Of a DNA stretch of 64,000 nt, positions 63,290-64,000 are shown piece by piece. The DNA comes from Diadema antillarum (Eukaryota), in contig NW_027270922.1 of assembly GCF_040938485.1 (NCBI RefSeq), positions 2,418,001 to 2,482,000 on the forward strand, written 5' to 3'. The notes below the pieces were generated by a model. That model saw nothing but the letters and a program-made list of their open reading frames with translations, was not told the origin of the DNA and ran no database searches. Position 1 is the stretch's first letter. Each line of letters begins with the position of its first letter. Position numbers and translations under genes: made by a program.

Positions 63290-64000
63290 AAAGTAGAAAT
63301 TACGCGGTGCGTAATATATGTCCCCGCCGGAAGTAGCATTTTGTAGTAAGATGTACAATATAGGTCAAAAATCAAGGTCAAAGGTCAAAGAAGTCAAAGG
63401 TCAAAATTCTGTGTAGAAGTTTTGAAGCGCTCACCTAGTGCCATCACATAAAGCAAACGGAATCGAAATCGGGTTAGAAATGGCGAAGGAGTAGCATTTT
63501 GTAGCAAAATGTACAACAAAATGTAGGTCAAAAATTAAGGTCAAAGGTCAAAGAAGCCAAAGGTCAAAATTCTGTGTAGAAGTTTTGAAGCCCTCACCTA
63601 GTGCCATCACATAAAGCAAACAGAATCGAAATTGGGTAAGAAATGGCGAAGGAGTAGCATTTTGTAGCAAAATGTACAATACAGGTCAAAAATCAAGGTC
63701 AAAGGTCAAAGAAGTCAAAGGTCAAAATTCTATGTAAAAGTTTTGAAGCCCTCACCTAGTGCCATCACATAAAGCAAACAGAATCGAAATCGGGTTAGAA
63801 ATGGCGGAGTAGCATTTTGTAGCCAATGTACAATATGGGTCAAAAATCAAGGTCAAAGGTCAAAGAAGTCAAAGGTCAAAATTCTGTGTAGAAGTTTTGA
63901 AGCCCTCACCTAGTGCCATCACATAAAGCAAACGGAATCGAAATCGGGTAAGAAATGGCGGAGTAGCATTTTGTAGCAAAATGTACAATACAGGTCAAAA
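63290..64000. repeat. ~155-160-bp tandem repeat (4 full units plus a partial fifth, runs off the window), probably inside a MITE/HINE
   Basis: Unit starts at 63333, 63491, 63654, 63809, 63963; preceded by a unique leader aacaagg...atatgtcccc. Confidence 0.9.

Overview
Repeat-rich eukaryotic (animal) genomic DNA. The AT-rich composition, GT-AG introns, microsatellites and transposon spectrum suggest a marine invertebrate, possibly an echinoderm (inference). The only host genes are a tandem array of seven paralogues of a soluble PAPS-binding sulfotransferase-fold protein, resembling the Sulfotransfer_5 / 'BCAT-like protein N-terminal' family. Six are complete (321-326 aa, two coding exons joined by an invariant phase-2 intron, LLS|PV/AxLK). 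The seventh lacks its last exon within the window. Copy 1 is inverted and head-to-head with copy 2; copies 2-7 are on +. Every copy has a splice-acceptor AG exactly 10 nt before the ATG and a conserved upstream module with a nuclear-receptor-like RGKTCA motif ending in G|GTAAG, implying a non-coding first exon. Two extra orphan modules point in the minus direction. The rest is mobile DNA: a Ty3/Gypsy integrase split by a CR1/L2-group LINE, further LINE remnants, three tRNA-derived SINEs, many MITEs (TTAA, TA, TWA, 8-9 bp and 5 bp target duplications), an 83-bp tandem array, a ~155-bp DR1-rich tandem repeat, and three assembly gaps.
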